Source of the DNA: Octopus sinensis
Taxonomy: Eukaryota
DNA length: 64,000 nt
Direction: 5' to 3'
NCBI RefSeq assembly: GCF_006345805.1
Contig: NC_043000.1
Coordinates: forward strand, 154,814,001-154,878,000
Numbering within the stretch: position 1 is the first letter of the stretch; each line of letters opens with the position of its first letter. The notes under the pieces were generated by a model. The model was given only the letters and a program-made list of their open reading frames with translations, ran no database searches and was not told the origin of the DNA. Of the stretch, positions 29,913 to 41,764 are shown piece after piece. A program made the position numbers and the translations under genes.

Positions 29913-30134
29913 ATAATTTACAAGATAAGGGCAGAAGAAAAATTCTAATGCCAGATGCGCCGAAACAAAAAATTGTCGATAACCATTAAATTTATGCGTC
30001 TCAAAACAAACCGATAGAAATCTCTAAAAAATTCGTTATTACCGTATTGGTCCAATTTCGGGGTTAATTCACAAAAAATTTTCCCCTCGTATCTGGCATT
30101 AGAATTTTTCTTCTGCCCTTATCTTGTAAATTAT
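29913..30134. mobile_element. MITE-like element with a perfect 44-bp terminal inverted repeat
   Basis: 29913-29956 (ataatttacaagataagggcagaagaaaaattctaatgccagat) is the exact reverse complement of 30091-30134. There is no ORF, and TA dinucleotides lie at both ends. Confidence 0.8.
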
Positions 30135-30215
30135 GTATAAATTTTACCTTAAAGGCATTTTTTGATATACTGGCCATTGATAAAATTTTTTTCCCGAAAA
30201 AAATTTTATCCTATA

Positions 30216-30273
<58 letters not shown>

Positions 30274-30974
30274 ATACACATATACATGCTATACATATGT
30301 ATGCATACATTTACACATATATGTATGTATACTTATATGAGAGATATTTTGATGAGCTCCATACTAATATAATTGAATTAAATCTTAATTGGCGGACTCA
30401 AGAGCTCAAGAAAACTCTTTCATCGTTATGAAAATATCGCATAATTATTACAAAATTGTGGGTATATGTTGTGTACAATTTTTAGTAACATTAACTTTTT
30501 CCTAATTGTCTGATACTTCAGTTTAATTTAGCATATATCTAATAAACTAACGAAATATATACTATGAATCTGATTAAATTATTTCCCCTTTGAAGGTTTT
30601 TTTCTCTTTTGCTTTGCATATTATTCTGTATTCTTTGCTTGTGATAGGAAACTGTCCTATAGTTTGATAGATTCTCTAATTTGAAGTTTTCAGTTGAGGT
30701 AGTGAAAATTATTGGAATGTTTCTTTAATCCTATCGATGTATTCAACTTTGTCATCCTATAACTTGAATACTTTTCTATATATGCCTGCCTATCTTTGGT
30801 TTCATATAAATCACTATCTATTAATATTCTATGTGAATGGATTATCCACTATTGGGGCTTCTTGTCATATATTTCTCTCAAGTATTTCCATATATATTTT
30901 TGTTTCATCCACTGGCGAGACTTATTACTGCTTTGTTCCTAAGTGACTATCCGTTAAAGGTATAAAATACTTAC

Positions 30975-31887
30975 CTATTCGTGCCATCTTAGCATCCAGC
31001 GAACCTGGTGGATGGTTATGTTTTATGGCATTCATTCTTCTATTTGCTGGGCCTACACCTCCTGGGACGCCTGGTCCTTTGGGGCCTTTAGGTCTTGGTG
31101 CTTCCACGGGCAAAACTCTTCTTCGTTTTTTCGGCAGTTTCGATCGGGCCTGTGTGTGTGAATAGAAGAGCGCAAAGTTGCTCACTATGACAGGTACCGG
31201 CAGAGCTATCGTCAACACACCTGCGAGGGCACATAATGCACCCACAAACATACCTACATACGTCTTGGGGGCCATGTCCCCATAGCCTACTGTGGTCATA
31301 GTCACAATAGCCCACCAAAGACCAACTGGGATACTATGAAAGTCATTAGTCGGATTATATTCTATCCTTTCAGCGTAGAATATAAGTGCAGCAAAAATTA
31401 CAATACCAAGTACCAAAAAGAAGATTAGAAGGGATAATTCCTTGGCACTTGCTTTGAACGTATGGATGAGAATTTTTAGTCCGGCAGAGTGCCGAGTCAG
31501 TTTGAATAAACGAAGGATACGTATGATGCTGAAAAACTCTAAGATGTCACTCTCTTGTTTGAGTTTTGTGAGCAAAAAGTCTAGGTAAAATGATAAAGTG
31601 GCCACAATATCAATTATATTAACTGGGGCCTTCAGGAAGTAAAATTTATTTGGAGCAACAATCAGGCGTATAATTATCTCAAATGTGAACCACGCATTGC
31701 AAGCGCATTCGATGTAGAAAAAGGCTTCATGAGGTTGAGTTTTCTGTTTATCCAAATTCCAAGTGGAGTTAAACTCTGGATGCATTGTTGAATTACGCAA
31801 GACTGGAACTCGTATTTCTGGATGCGTCTTAAGGCAGAAGGACAATATTGAAGTAACAATGAAGAAAACGGAGACGATGGAGATAAC
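30975..31887 (-). CDS. Shaw: Internal exon of a Shaw/Kv3 (KCNC-like) voltage-gated potassium channel: S1-S6, pore and proximal C-terminus
   Basis: Acceptor ctcttctctttttcag|GTT ATC at 31887 (phase 0, in frame with the ORF) and donor ATA G|gtaagt at 30975 (phase 1); 913 nt. Protein [22 protein letters not shown] (S1), S4 [18 protein letters not shown], pore [15 protein letters not shown]6 [14 protein letters not shown], and the Shaw-typical [19 protein letters not shown]. Confidence 0.96.
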
Positions 31888-32356
31888 CTGAAAAAGAGAA
31901 GAGATGATACATATGAGAAATTCTTGAAAAGTTCTGAAAAATTCTTGAAAAGATCTGAATGTTGATTAATAAGGAGCAAAGAAGTAGTCAGAAAAATATA
32001 TTGTATTTTGTAAATAGTGTTGAATATTAATATTTTTTGGATTTTACTTCTTTTTGGTCTATAACAAAAACAAAAATAAAGATTTAAAAATATAAATAAA
32101 GTGGCACACTGAAATTTAAGTGAGGTTTACTGTTATGTTAAGGCTGTCATTGTCATCATTACTGTCATCAACACTACCACCACCATCAACAACAACATTA
32201 TTTTATGTCTCCGGATATTCAAATAACATATAGCCTATATTATTACTATTGAGGTGATCATGGTCTGAGCCACTGCTAACTGAAACCTACCTTAGATACA
32301 GCTATATTATAGTACACTAGTGTAGAAAGTGTAAAAGAGAAATAGTATAATAAGTA

Positions 32357-32892
32357 TTGGGTTGTCCGGAAAGTTCGTGCCGATTTATAGTAGCTTACCT
32401 TTTGACTTATTTTAGAACATGTTTGAGTTCATAAAACAGGATTTGACTACACCTCCATTTAGAGCACAGTTTCGTGGAAGATGGTTTATCTTTCTATAAC
32501 CTGTGTTAATTCTGTAACCCTTTAAAATGGAAGATAAGAAAGTTCCTTTTCGGCACTTGATGCTTTTCTTTTTCCATAAAGGGAAAAATGCTTCACAGGC
32601 AACCAAAGAAATATGCGCAGTTTACGGTGATGTTACTTTATCAGAAAGAACTGTACGGAAGTGGTTCACAAGGTTCCGAGCTGGAGATTGTAGCCTTATT
32701 GACAAAGACTGATCAGGCAAACCATCCACTACCAAATCAAGTCCTTAATTGAGAATAACCCACATTGGCAGAAAGCCTCAGCCTATCAAAATCAATCGTT
32801 CATGAGCACCTGGTAAAGCTTAGGTAATGGCAAGTATTTATTGACCTTTTACTTTCCTCTAAAAATCAGCATGAACTTTCCGGACAACCCAT
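32357..32892 (+). mobile_element. Internally deleted mariner element with both TIRs
   Basis: TA|ttgggttgtccggaaagttcgtgccgattt ... aaatcagcatgaactttccggacaaccca.|TA. ORF 32527-32712 (MEDKKVPFRHLMLFFFHKGKNASQATKEICAVYG..LSERTVRKWFTRFRAGD) is a mariner N-terminal HTH; the DD34D domain is missing. Confidence 0.92.
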
Positions 32893-33549
32893 TATATTAC
32901 TAGAACGTCCTGAGTATACAAATACACAGAAATCACACACATACTTATTAGTATATGTGTATCAGTAAGGTGGGTATATTGTCGCTGGCAGGTTGATTGA
33001 AATTGCTTTACAAACCAAGGAGTCATCAGTTGTTTGAAAAAGTCTAGTGATTGTCTATTATAGTTGCATGAAAGATATACATATATATATATACTCATAT
33101 GTCACTATACACATGTACCCAATGTCTCTCAGGTCTTCAAAACACATACATTGTTTCCTTTAAAGGATCTAATAAATGCATAGATATGTCATCATCATCA
33201 TTGTTCGACCGTGGTCAAGACAATGGAATTTACATGCTACACCAGACTTCACGGTCCATCATGGCATTACGGAGGTCCTGTTGCTGGATGCCTGTATCCC
33301 TGGAGATTACATCATAGATATGTGTGTGCACACACACACACCTTAATATATAGATACATATATATATGCTTGTATATTTTTCAAATATATGAATAGGTAT
33401 GTTGATAATAATACTTTCTGCTATAGGTACAAGGCCGGAAATTTGGGGGAGGGCACTAGTTGATTACATAAGTGCGTGTGTATGTGTGTGTGTGAGAGAG
33501 AGAGAGAGCGAGAGAGAGAGAGTGTGTGTGTGTGTTTATGTAAGGGAAT

Positions 33550-34060
33550 GTTGTGGTTGATAAGTTTGTTTCCCAAACTCATGGTTTCAGGTTCTGTCCC
33601 ATTCCATGGAGCTTCTTGTTAGTATCTCCTACAAGAGTCCTGTGGCAATCAGTGAGCCTTGAGTGTGGATTTGGTAGATGGGAAGTGAAAGAAGCCTGTT
33701 GTACATATGTTTGTTTGTTTGTTTGTTTGTTTGCTTGTATGCATGCATGCATGCATGGATGGATGGATGGATGGATGGATGGATGGATGGATGGATGGAT
33801 GGATGGATGGTATAGTATAGTATAGTATAGTATAGTATAGTATAGTATAGTATAGTATAGTATAGTATAGTTGTAAATAAACATTACTGTCATACAAACA
33901 ATACCCTTCATGCCTAAACTTTCACGAAAACATGTCTGGCTCGGAGGAAGAATTACTTTACTTGGGAACAGGTGAGAGTTTGGCAAAAGGAAGGGCATCT
34001 GGCTGTAGAAAATCTCCAGCACTGAATTCTGTTCAACCCATGTGACCATAGAACAATAGA
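33550..34060 (+). mobile_element. Hybrid SINE (family A head plus RTE-like tail) with a compound microsatellite
   Basis: Head gtggttgataagtttgtttcccaaactcatggtttcaggttctgtccc, gagtgtggatttggtagatgggaagtgaaagaagcctgt, microsatellite 33705-33870, tail aggaagggcatctggctgtagaaa. Confidence 0.7.
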
Positions 34061-34098
34061 AATTTAACCCTTTAGCATTCAGATTTCTTAGCCAAATC

Positions 34099-34510
34099 AT
34101 CATCATCATCATTTAACGTCCACTTTCCATGCTAGCATGGGTTGGACAGTTTGACCGGGGTCTGGTAAGCCATGGAGGCTGCACCAGGCTCTAGTCTGAT
34201 TTGGCAGTGTTTCTACAGCTGGATGCCCTTCCTAACACCAACCACTCTGTGAGTGTAGTGGGTGTTTTTTATGTGCCACCAGCACAGGGGCCAGAGGAGG
34301 CTGGCAAATGGCCATGATCAGTTGGTGCTTTTACATGTCACTGACACGGATGCCAGTCAGGTGGCGCTGGCATCTGCCATGTTTGGACGGTGCTTTTTAC
34401 GTGTCACCGGCACGAGTGTCTTAACTTTCCATTTGATTTTTATTTTGATGTTGGTATTGATGTACTTGACTCAATAGATCTCCTCAAGAACAGTGGGTCA
34501 CTCTAAGATC
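34099..34510 (-). mobile_element. RTE LINE 3' end (family C)
   Basis: (atc)n-atttaacgtccactttccatgctagcatggg..., about 2 minisatellite units, and the ORF-end remnant ttgactcaatagatctcctcaag. Confidence 0.85.
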
Positions 34511-34724
34511 CAAGGTTAGCACAGCAGGCCGTTCTGTGAGCCGAATATTATAAATGGGCATATTTTAGTAGCCATATAATGAGCCAGCAATGAGATTATT
34601 CTCACAATATTTAACAAATCTGATATCACACTGAAATTCCTCAATGTTTATAACTGAAACAATCTCTCACTATAAAATATATAATATAAACCTATAGAGC
34701 GTGTGTGTGTGTGTGTGATCATTA

Positions 34725-34960
34725 TCATCATCATCATTTCATCATTTAACACCCATTTTTCATGCTGGTGTGGGTTTTACGGTTTGATCAGAGGTGGCAA
34801 GCAGGAGATCTGCACCAGGTTTCAGTCTGACTTGGTTTGGTTTCTACAGGCTGGATGCCCTTCCTAATGCCACTTTGCAGAGTGTGCTTGGTGCTTTTTA
34901 TATTCCCCTGGTACATACAGACATGACCTGTAATGCTTCAAATGTGTTTTGGAGCTTAAC
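34725..34960 (-). mobile_element. RTE LINE 3' end fragment, degraded
   Basis: tttctacaggctggatgcccttcctaatgcc motif after (atc)n. Confidence 0.75.
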
Positions 34961-35456
34961 TGTGCAAAATGAAAGTGCTCAGTACCTGCTTCAATTGCAA
35001 TAGCTACTAGTCTGCACACACATAAACAAACACACATACACATGCACTCACCCCCCCCACACACACACGCACTTACTATATGATTGTGTATACATACATT
35101 ATTGAAATGCTTTAAATACTGAAGAAATTCGTGGAAGATCAGGCATTTGCCAGTCAAGATGGGCAGTTGAAGGTTTGCAAGTTATTCCATGAGTTAGAAT
35201 TATGGAACGCTGGGCAATACAGGGATGAGCAGAAGAAAAGCCATCAAGAACAATATTGGGAGTAGCAAGAAAATATCTATATGGCCATGGCTCAAAAAAG
35301 GTGATCAGTGGGGTCAGAAGAATGCCTCTGGGGCACAGACCTAGGCTTCGTCATCCTAGATCAGATTACATGCATGTGAAAGACCTGAAAAGACAAATGA
35401 CTCCAGGCTACAACACAGGTCATATATCCAAATTCTGCATTTACATATAAATATAT

Positions 35457-35849
35457 ACTAGCAGCATCGCCCGGCGTTGCTCGGTTTGTTTCGACCCTTT
35501 AGAATTGAAATGTTTGGAAAGTAAAAATTTTGCATTATGTAGCTTGTTATTCTCTTTAAGTGAACATTTTTCTGGTTGAAATACACCAAAAAATGGCGAC
35601 ACAGTAGTCAAAAAATCGTAAAAAATAAGGATTTTCATAGAAAAAAAAGCACCCTTTTGATGTAAATAATTTTTGGTCTTAACATGGTCTGATTTGAATT
35701 TTTTCTTCTACAGATGAAGAGCAAGCCTTCTTCTATCATACTCTCAATTTTGGTCAACTTGCGCCAAAGGGTCTCGGAGGATAGAGTGTTAGTTGAAGGC
35801 TACCAAACCTGCCATACACAGACAACTTCAGCTTGATATATATAGAGAT
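35457..35849 (+). mobile_element. Helentron/HINE-like non-autonomous element 1
   Basis: Starts actagcagcatcgcccggcgttgctcgg and ends gatatatatagagat. The termini match element 2 and resemble DINE-1/Lep1-type ends (recall). Confidence 0.6.
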
Positions 35850-36225
35850 ATGTAGGATATCATAGATTGATTAGATATATTCTAATTCAGTATTTGCATT
35901 ACTGGCATGGGTGTGGCATAAGAAGCTTGCTTCCCAACCACATGATTCCGAGTTCAGTCCCACTGAACGACACTTTGAACAAGTATCTTCTTCTATAACC
36001 TCAGGCTGAACAAAACTTTATGAGTGGATTTGATCGACTGACCTGAAAGAAGCCCGTTGTATGTATACACATGTATACACACACACACAGTACACATACA
36101 TATATATATGTATCTAAGAGCACATGCATTTCAAAAGATTAAATGAAAGCACTCACACACATTAGGGGCGGGGAGAAACTTCTTCAAAAAAGGTTAGTGA
36201 CATTCTGTTAAACTTTTTATTAGAT

Positions 36226-36623
36226 ACTAGCAGTATCGCCCGGCGTTGCTTGTGTTTGTAAGAGAAATAACTATATAAGCATTTTTAGAGATGTAAAGTA
36301 TAATAGCCATCTCAATATGGCTAACCACAAAGTGGGGGTGTTACTGTAGCTTTTTACATTATGAGATTTAATAATAAAATTTTAGAGAGTTACTTCCCTT
36401 ATATATGCCAAAAATGCATTAAAAATGGGAAAAATTGATGGTAAATTTTTTTTCAAATCGTAGACTCATCGTAGATGCGCGCTAATACCCAGAAGGGCTT
36501 GATATGAATCACGACTATAAGATACCCGGTTTTGGTTAAACTGCACCGCAAAATGTGGGAGTAGTTAGGAATCTAAATCGTAGGAGACAGACAGCACACA
36601 ACCTTACTTTTATATATAAAGAT
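36226..36623 (+). mobile_element. Helentron/HINE-like non-autonomous element 2
   Basis: Starts actagcagtatcgcccggcgttgct and ends ttttatatataaagat. The interior is largely different from element 1. Confidence 0.6.
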
Positions 36624-36624
36624 T

Positions 36625-36877
36625 ATCCAACCATCTCATTCTTAGTCTGCCACTAATTCTCCTACTGGCTAGTTTGGCTTGAAGAATCTGTTTTGCAACT
36701 CTTTCCTACATAGGCACAGGAGTGGCTGTGTGGTAAGTAGCTTGCTAACCAACCACATGGTTCCGGGTTCAGTCCCACTGCGTGGCATCTTGGGCAAGTG
36801 TCTTCTGCTATAGCCCCGGGCCGACCAATGCCTTGTGAGTGGATTTGGTAGACGGAAACTGAAAGAAGCCTGTCATA

Positions 36878-36920
<43 letters not shown>

Positions 36921-37325
36921 GTTTGTGTTTGTGTGTCTGTGTTTGTTCCCCTAGCATTGCTTGACAAGCGATGCTGGTGTGTTTACGTCCCCGTCACTTA
37001 GCGGTTCGGCAAAAAGAGACCGATAGAATAAGTACTGGGCTTATGAAGAATAAATCCCGGGGTCGATTTGCTCGACTAAAGGCGGTGCTCCAGCATGGCC
37101 GCAGTCAAATGACTGAAACAAGTAAAAGAGTAAAAGAGAGAGAGTATGTCTGTAGTACCAAAGCTGTGGCCACTCAGTGTAGCGAAGTAATGGCTCAACC
37201 AGGAGAGTTTCTGAAATCTTTGAGTTATGTTGCTTCCAGGAGAATTTGTAAGAATACTATTTTGGCATCTTGTAATCACAGTTGTATTCTTTCGGTATTT
37301 TTCCAACATTTACGACCATAGATGA
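36625..37325 (-). mobile_element. RTE LINE C-terminal remnant interrupted by a SINE A copy
   Basis: VSILIYGRKCW...ETLLVEPLLRY (37143-37325) and ERVAKQILQAKLASRRISGRLRMRWLD (36625-36710), compare RTE xYGxExW...GRPRxRWxD. Confidence 0.65.
36714..37140 (+). mobile_element. tRNA-derived SINE family A, full length
   Basis: A-box-like tggctgtgtgg, B-box-like ggttcagtccc, central microsatellite, tail gtcaaatgactgaaacaagt(aaaagagt)n. More than ten copies or fragments lie in the window. Confidence 0.92.
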
Positions 37326-37383
37326 GAATAGACACAAAAACTGAACTGAAAATACTGTGTAAATATAAATATTGTAAATATAT

Positions 37384-37554
37384 AGGCGTAGGAGTGGCTG
37401 TGTGGTACGTAGCTTGCTCACCAACCACATGGTTCCGGGTTCAGTCCCACTGTGTGGCACCTTGGGCAAGTGTCTTCTACTATAGCCTTGGGCCGACCAA
37501 AACGTTGTGAGTGGATTTGGTAGACGGAAATTGAAAGAAGCCCGTCGTATATAT

Positions 37555-37587
<33 letters not shown>

Positions 37588-37809
37588 CGTGCGTATATGT
37601 TTGTGTGTCTGTGTTTGTCGCACTCAACATCGCTTGACAACCAATGCTGGTGTGTTTTCCCCATAACTTAGTGGTTCGGCAAAAGAAACCGATAGAATAA
37701 GTACTAGTCTTACAAAGAATAAGTCCTGGGGTAGATTTGCTCGACTAAAGGCGGTGCTCCAGTATGGCCACAGTCAAATGACTGAAACAAGTAAAAGAGT
37801 AAAAGAGTA
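37384..37809 (+). mobile_element. SINE family A, full length
   Basis: Colinear with the 36714 copy. Confidence 0.92.
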
Positions 37810-38137
37810 TATGACTCAGATATGAAGAATTCCTAAATTATGATCTTATTAAAATTTATTATCAAAATTTTCCTCAACAAAAGACATAGAGTTATGGCTG
37901 TGTGGTTAAGAAGATCAGTTCCCTATCACATGGTTTTGAGTTCTGTCCCACAATGTGGCACATTGGATCTAGGTTGACTGAAGCCTTGTAAGTAGTGTAC
38001 TTGGTAGATGGAAATTGAAAGAAGCCTGTCATATGTATATGTATGTGGGTTTGTGTGTATATACACACACACACACACACATAAGGACATAGGGTTAAAT
38101 GATACAGTATATTTCAAAGCCAGGTGAAGTGAATCAC

Positions 38138-38371
38138 TTCAGGTGGCGAGCTGGCAGAAACGTTAGCATGCCGGACGAAATGCATAGTGGTATTTCGTCT
38201 GTCGTTACGTTCTGAGTTCAAATTCCGCCGAGGTCGACTTTGCCCTTCATCCTTTCGGGGTCGATAAATTAAGCACCAGTTACGCACTGGGGTCGATGTA
38301 ATCGACTTAATACCTATGTCTGTCCTTGTTTGTCCCCTCTATGTTTAGCCCCTTGTGGGTAATAAAGAAAT
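38138..38371 (+). mobile_element. tRNA-derived SINE family B1 with a 16-bp TSD
   Basis: TSD aggtgaagtgaatcac at 38122-38137 and 38372-38387; B-box gagttcaaattcc; core cttcatcctttcggggtcgataaattaag; tail ttgtcccctctatgtttagccccttgtgggtaataaagaaat. Confidence 0.93.
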
Positions 38372-39523
38372 AGGTGAAGTGAATCACCCTGGAAGTGAGG
38401 AAGAATGACAGATATTGATATTCCACAGTTATTTCTGATCATTGGTGCCATTTACTGATTCAGCCCTGTACTGTGTAGAGGGACTGAACCTAAAACCATG
38501 TGGCTGTGATGTGAACTTCTTAACCATGAAGCCCCATGATTAATAAAATATGGTAAGCAACATTTTTCTATATTTTTGTCTAAATGTTTAACTTTAAAAC
38601 ATCTTTTTAGTAAACAATGCAAACTGCATGCATAATATTTTGTATTTATTCTCTTGAGTGCCACAAATTTAAAATATTTGAGAGATTCACTATTTTAGAT
38701 TAATCAGCAAAATAAAATCTATCCAAAAACACTTGGAAGCCCTTATAAATATTGAAATTAATCTGGAAGATTACCAAACTGCTGTTATGAAGCTAAACTC
38801 TTCTAGGTGCATTTGTGTATGCGTGTGCATATGCATGGTCTCAGAGTATGTGGTGCATGCTAATTGTGGAATTTTTGTGTGCCTGTATGTTTGCATGTTT
38901 GTGTGTCGTGTGTAGTTAGATTATACCATCAATAAGTGTTTGTATGCATTGGCAAATGATATTGTTTCATACCCTTCTCTTCATAATGGCATGGATGGAA
39001 GGATTTCATTTATCTTTGTTTGTTTATTTTTTATTTTTTATTTTTTTTTGAAAATTTCCCCATTTGCAATTTTTTAGAGTAGGTGTTTTTATGACTGGTT
39101 AGATGCATTTTTGTATCATTTACTAACAATAACAATTGAATAAAATGTCAGGTTTGGCATCTGCTGCTAGATCAGTCATGCAGAATAAAATAAGGATGTT
39201 AATCTATGTTATTTATGGTCACAAAACAATGAAAAATTGTTGTAAGTGTTGAATCCATGAATGTATTGCTTATAATCTAGTGTCAAAGCCATCGTGAACA
39301 TAGCAAATGAAAGAATAAATATTGCAATTTATACTTTCTTGAATTTTGTCTAAGAGAGAAAGAGAGAGATAATCATAAAGTTTTGGTGGCCTCAGAATTC
39401 CAAAACCAATTTATATTTTATTGCCGTCTTTTTTACATTATGCATTACTCAACTCATTTGAACTTGTTGATATAGTGTTAACATATATACTGAAGGGATT
39501 ATTAAAAGAAATGAAGTAAAAAT

Positions 39524-39785
39524 ATGTTTCTTTATTAGCCACACAGGGCTGAACACAGATGGGACAAATTACAAAGTAGAGATTTTCTTTATGGGGAGAT
39601 AAAAAAAAGAGGGGTAGGTTTTTGATCAAAAGGGATCGTAAAAAGAAAGAAAAAAACCATCAATAGGGATCGTATATTACAGAAATGTCATGATGTAAAG
39701 TGTAAAGGGGGAAGCAGATAAGGTTTATCTGTGGAAAGAAAAGCCTATGGAAAATACCACAGTAACCTCGGTCAATAATGTCACA
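39524..39785 (-). mobile_element. Probable 3' UTR of a second L1/Tx1-like LINE family
   Basis: The minus strand ends tgtcccatctgtgttcagccctgtgtggctaataaagaaa, a variant of the B1 and 60387 tails. Confidence 0.5.
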
Positions 39786-40214
39786 TGTTAACACATTTAT
39801 TTGTAAGTGAAGTAAAAATAGAATTATCCTATTATTTCAGAAATCATGGGAGACAACTCCAGACAAGTTTTGGTCTTATGAAATCATCCCCACAAAATAT
39901 AGAGACCTCATTGCAAGTGATGAAAAAATTACTTAGTAAACTAAAATATTGTACACAGCTAAACGTTCAATCTCAGTTCTTTTTATTGTATATGAAGTGA
40001 ATATTGGTTAATATTCTCACAACAAAGTTTTTAATTTATAATGTTTGTATTCCAACATCAAATTTATCTCAAATCTTCTAGTATATACTCTAGTATATAC
40101 ATAAATAATCATTATTTAATTAATCAAATTGCCAATGTATGCATAGCACACAAATTACACAGGCTATTTCAGGTGCTTTCCAGATTGTATTCGATATAAA
40201 TAGCTATTTGCTAT

Positions 40215-40601
40215 GGATGGAAGCACTCCGTCGGTTACGACGACGAGGGTTCCGGTTGATCCGAATCAACGGAACAGCCTGTGCGTGAAATTAATGTGTA
40301 CGTGGCTGAGCACTCCACAAACACGTGTACCCTTAACGTAGTTCTCGGGGATATTCAGCGTGACACAGAGAGTGACAAGGCCGGCCCTTTGAAATACAGG
40401 TACAACAGAAACAGGAAGTAAGAGTGAGAGAAAGTTGTGGTGAAAGAGTACAGCAGGGATCACCACCATCCCCTGCCGGACCCTCGTGGAGCTTTAGGTG
40501 TTTTCGCTCAATAAACACTCACAACGCCCGGTCTGGGAATCAAAACCGCGATCCTATGACCGCGAGTCCGCTGCCCTAACCACTGGGCCATTGCACCTCC
40601 A
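40215..40601 (-). mobile_element. tRNA-derived SINE family D with an 11-bp TSD
   Basis: TSD ctatttgctat at 40204-40214 and 40602-40612; A-box tggcccagtgg and B-box ggttttgattccc on the minus strand. Confidence 0.92.
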
Positions 40602-41208
40602 CTATTTGCTATAGTTCCCCTTGCAAACAGAAAGCAAGGATATTTGTCTTCTGATGAACAGCCAATGAGTTGTGAAACATGCCCAGATGATCACAATATT
40701 TTTTTATGTACAAAATGACAAAAAATGCATTTATATTTGTTTATGTAGAATATAAGCTATGGGAATTCCAACATTAAATTTTTCTCACATATTCAAATTC
40801 TGCTTGGCAGTACTTTATCTATTCTCCAATCATTAATATATATATTTATATTTAAGCTAACATACCATAGATTGTAAAATTCACTTTGCTCTTATAGTTT
40901 CTAAAATCCCAAACACTCATTCTTGACATAGTAAAACTATAGATAAACTACAGACTGTTTGAAAATCTGTGATAAATTTCATGTCAGAATAGCTAGAGTT
41001 TAAATCATAGGCTTCAGTGAAAATATAAACAAATGTAGAAAATATGGGCAGGGCAAATATGAAATTTATGGGTCATCATGGAAATGTAAATGAATGTAAA
41101 TAAATGATTTTTCTCTCTGTACATAGAAAAATACTGGAATTGTTTTGATGTATTTTCAAATAGGCAAAAGGCCAACTTTAAGGTGGATAGCAACAGCTGA
41201 TAAACAGA

Positions 41209-41239
<31 letters not shown>

Positions 41240-41261
41240 ATTTGTGTATATATAAACACGT

Positions 41262-41722
41262 ATTCTTTATTCTTTTACTTGTTTCAGTCATTTGACTGTA
41301 GTCATGCTGGAGCACCACTTTTAGTCAAACAAACTGACCCCAGGACTTATTCTTTGTAAGACTAGCACATGTTCTATCGGCCTCTTTTGCTGAACTGCTA
41401 ATGCTATGGTGATGTAAGTTATGGGGATGTAAACACGCAACATCGGTTGTCAAGTGGTAGTAGGGGGACAAACATAAACACACAAATACATACATATATA
41501 TAAATTGACAAAAACAAAGAACAAACATAAAAAATTAACAACATGAGGATGTGGTACATGTAAAGTATTTGCAGATGGTCAGAGAAGGAAAGAAAGATGG
41601 TTTAACATTTCAAGCAAAACTCTTCTTCAGAAACAGATGAAAGTCCAATCGAAAAGGAAGATGGAGGAAAATAAAATTGTCAAGGATTCACATGTGGTTA
41701 CATATATATATCATATACATAT

Positions 41723-41764
<42 letters not shown>

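Noticed and set aside
31088-31318. Overlapping 76-aa ORF within the channel exon
   Set aside because: It is an alternative-frame by-product with no recognisable motif.
30925-31845. The supplied 306-aa ORF as a complete gene
   Set aside because: Its start is an internal TTG within S1 and its last residues read through the gtaagt donor. The real unit is the exon 30975-31887.
32527-32712. Domesticated or active mariner transposase
   Set aside because: It stops after the first HTH and the catalytic domain is deleted, so it is a non-autonomous derivative.
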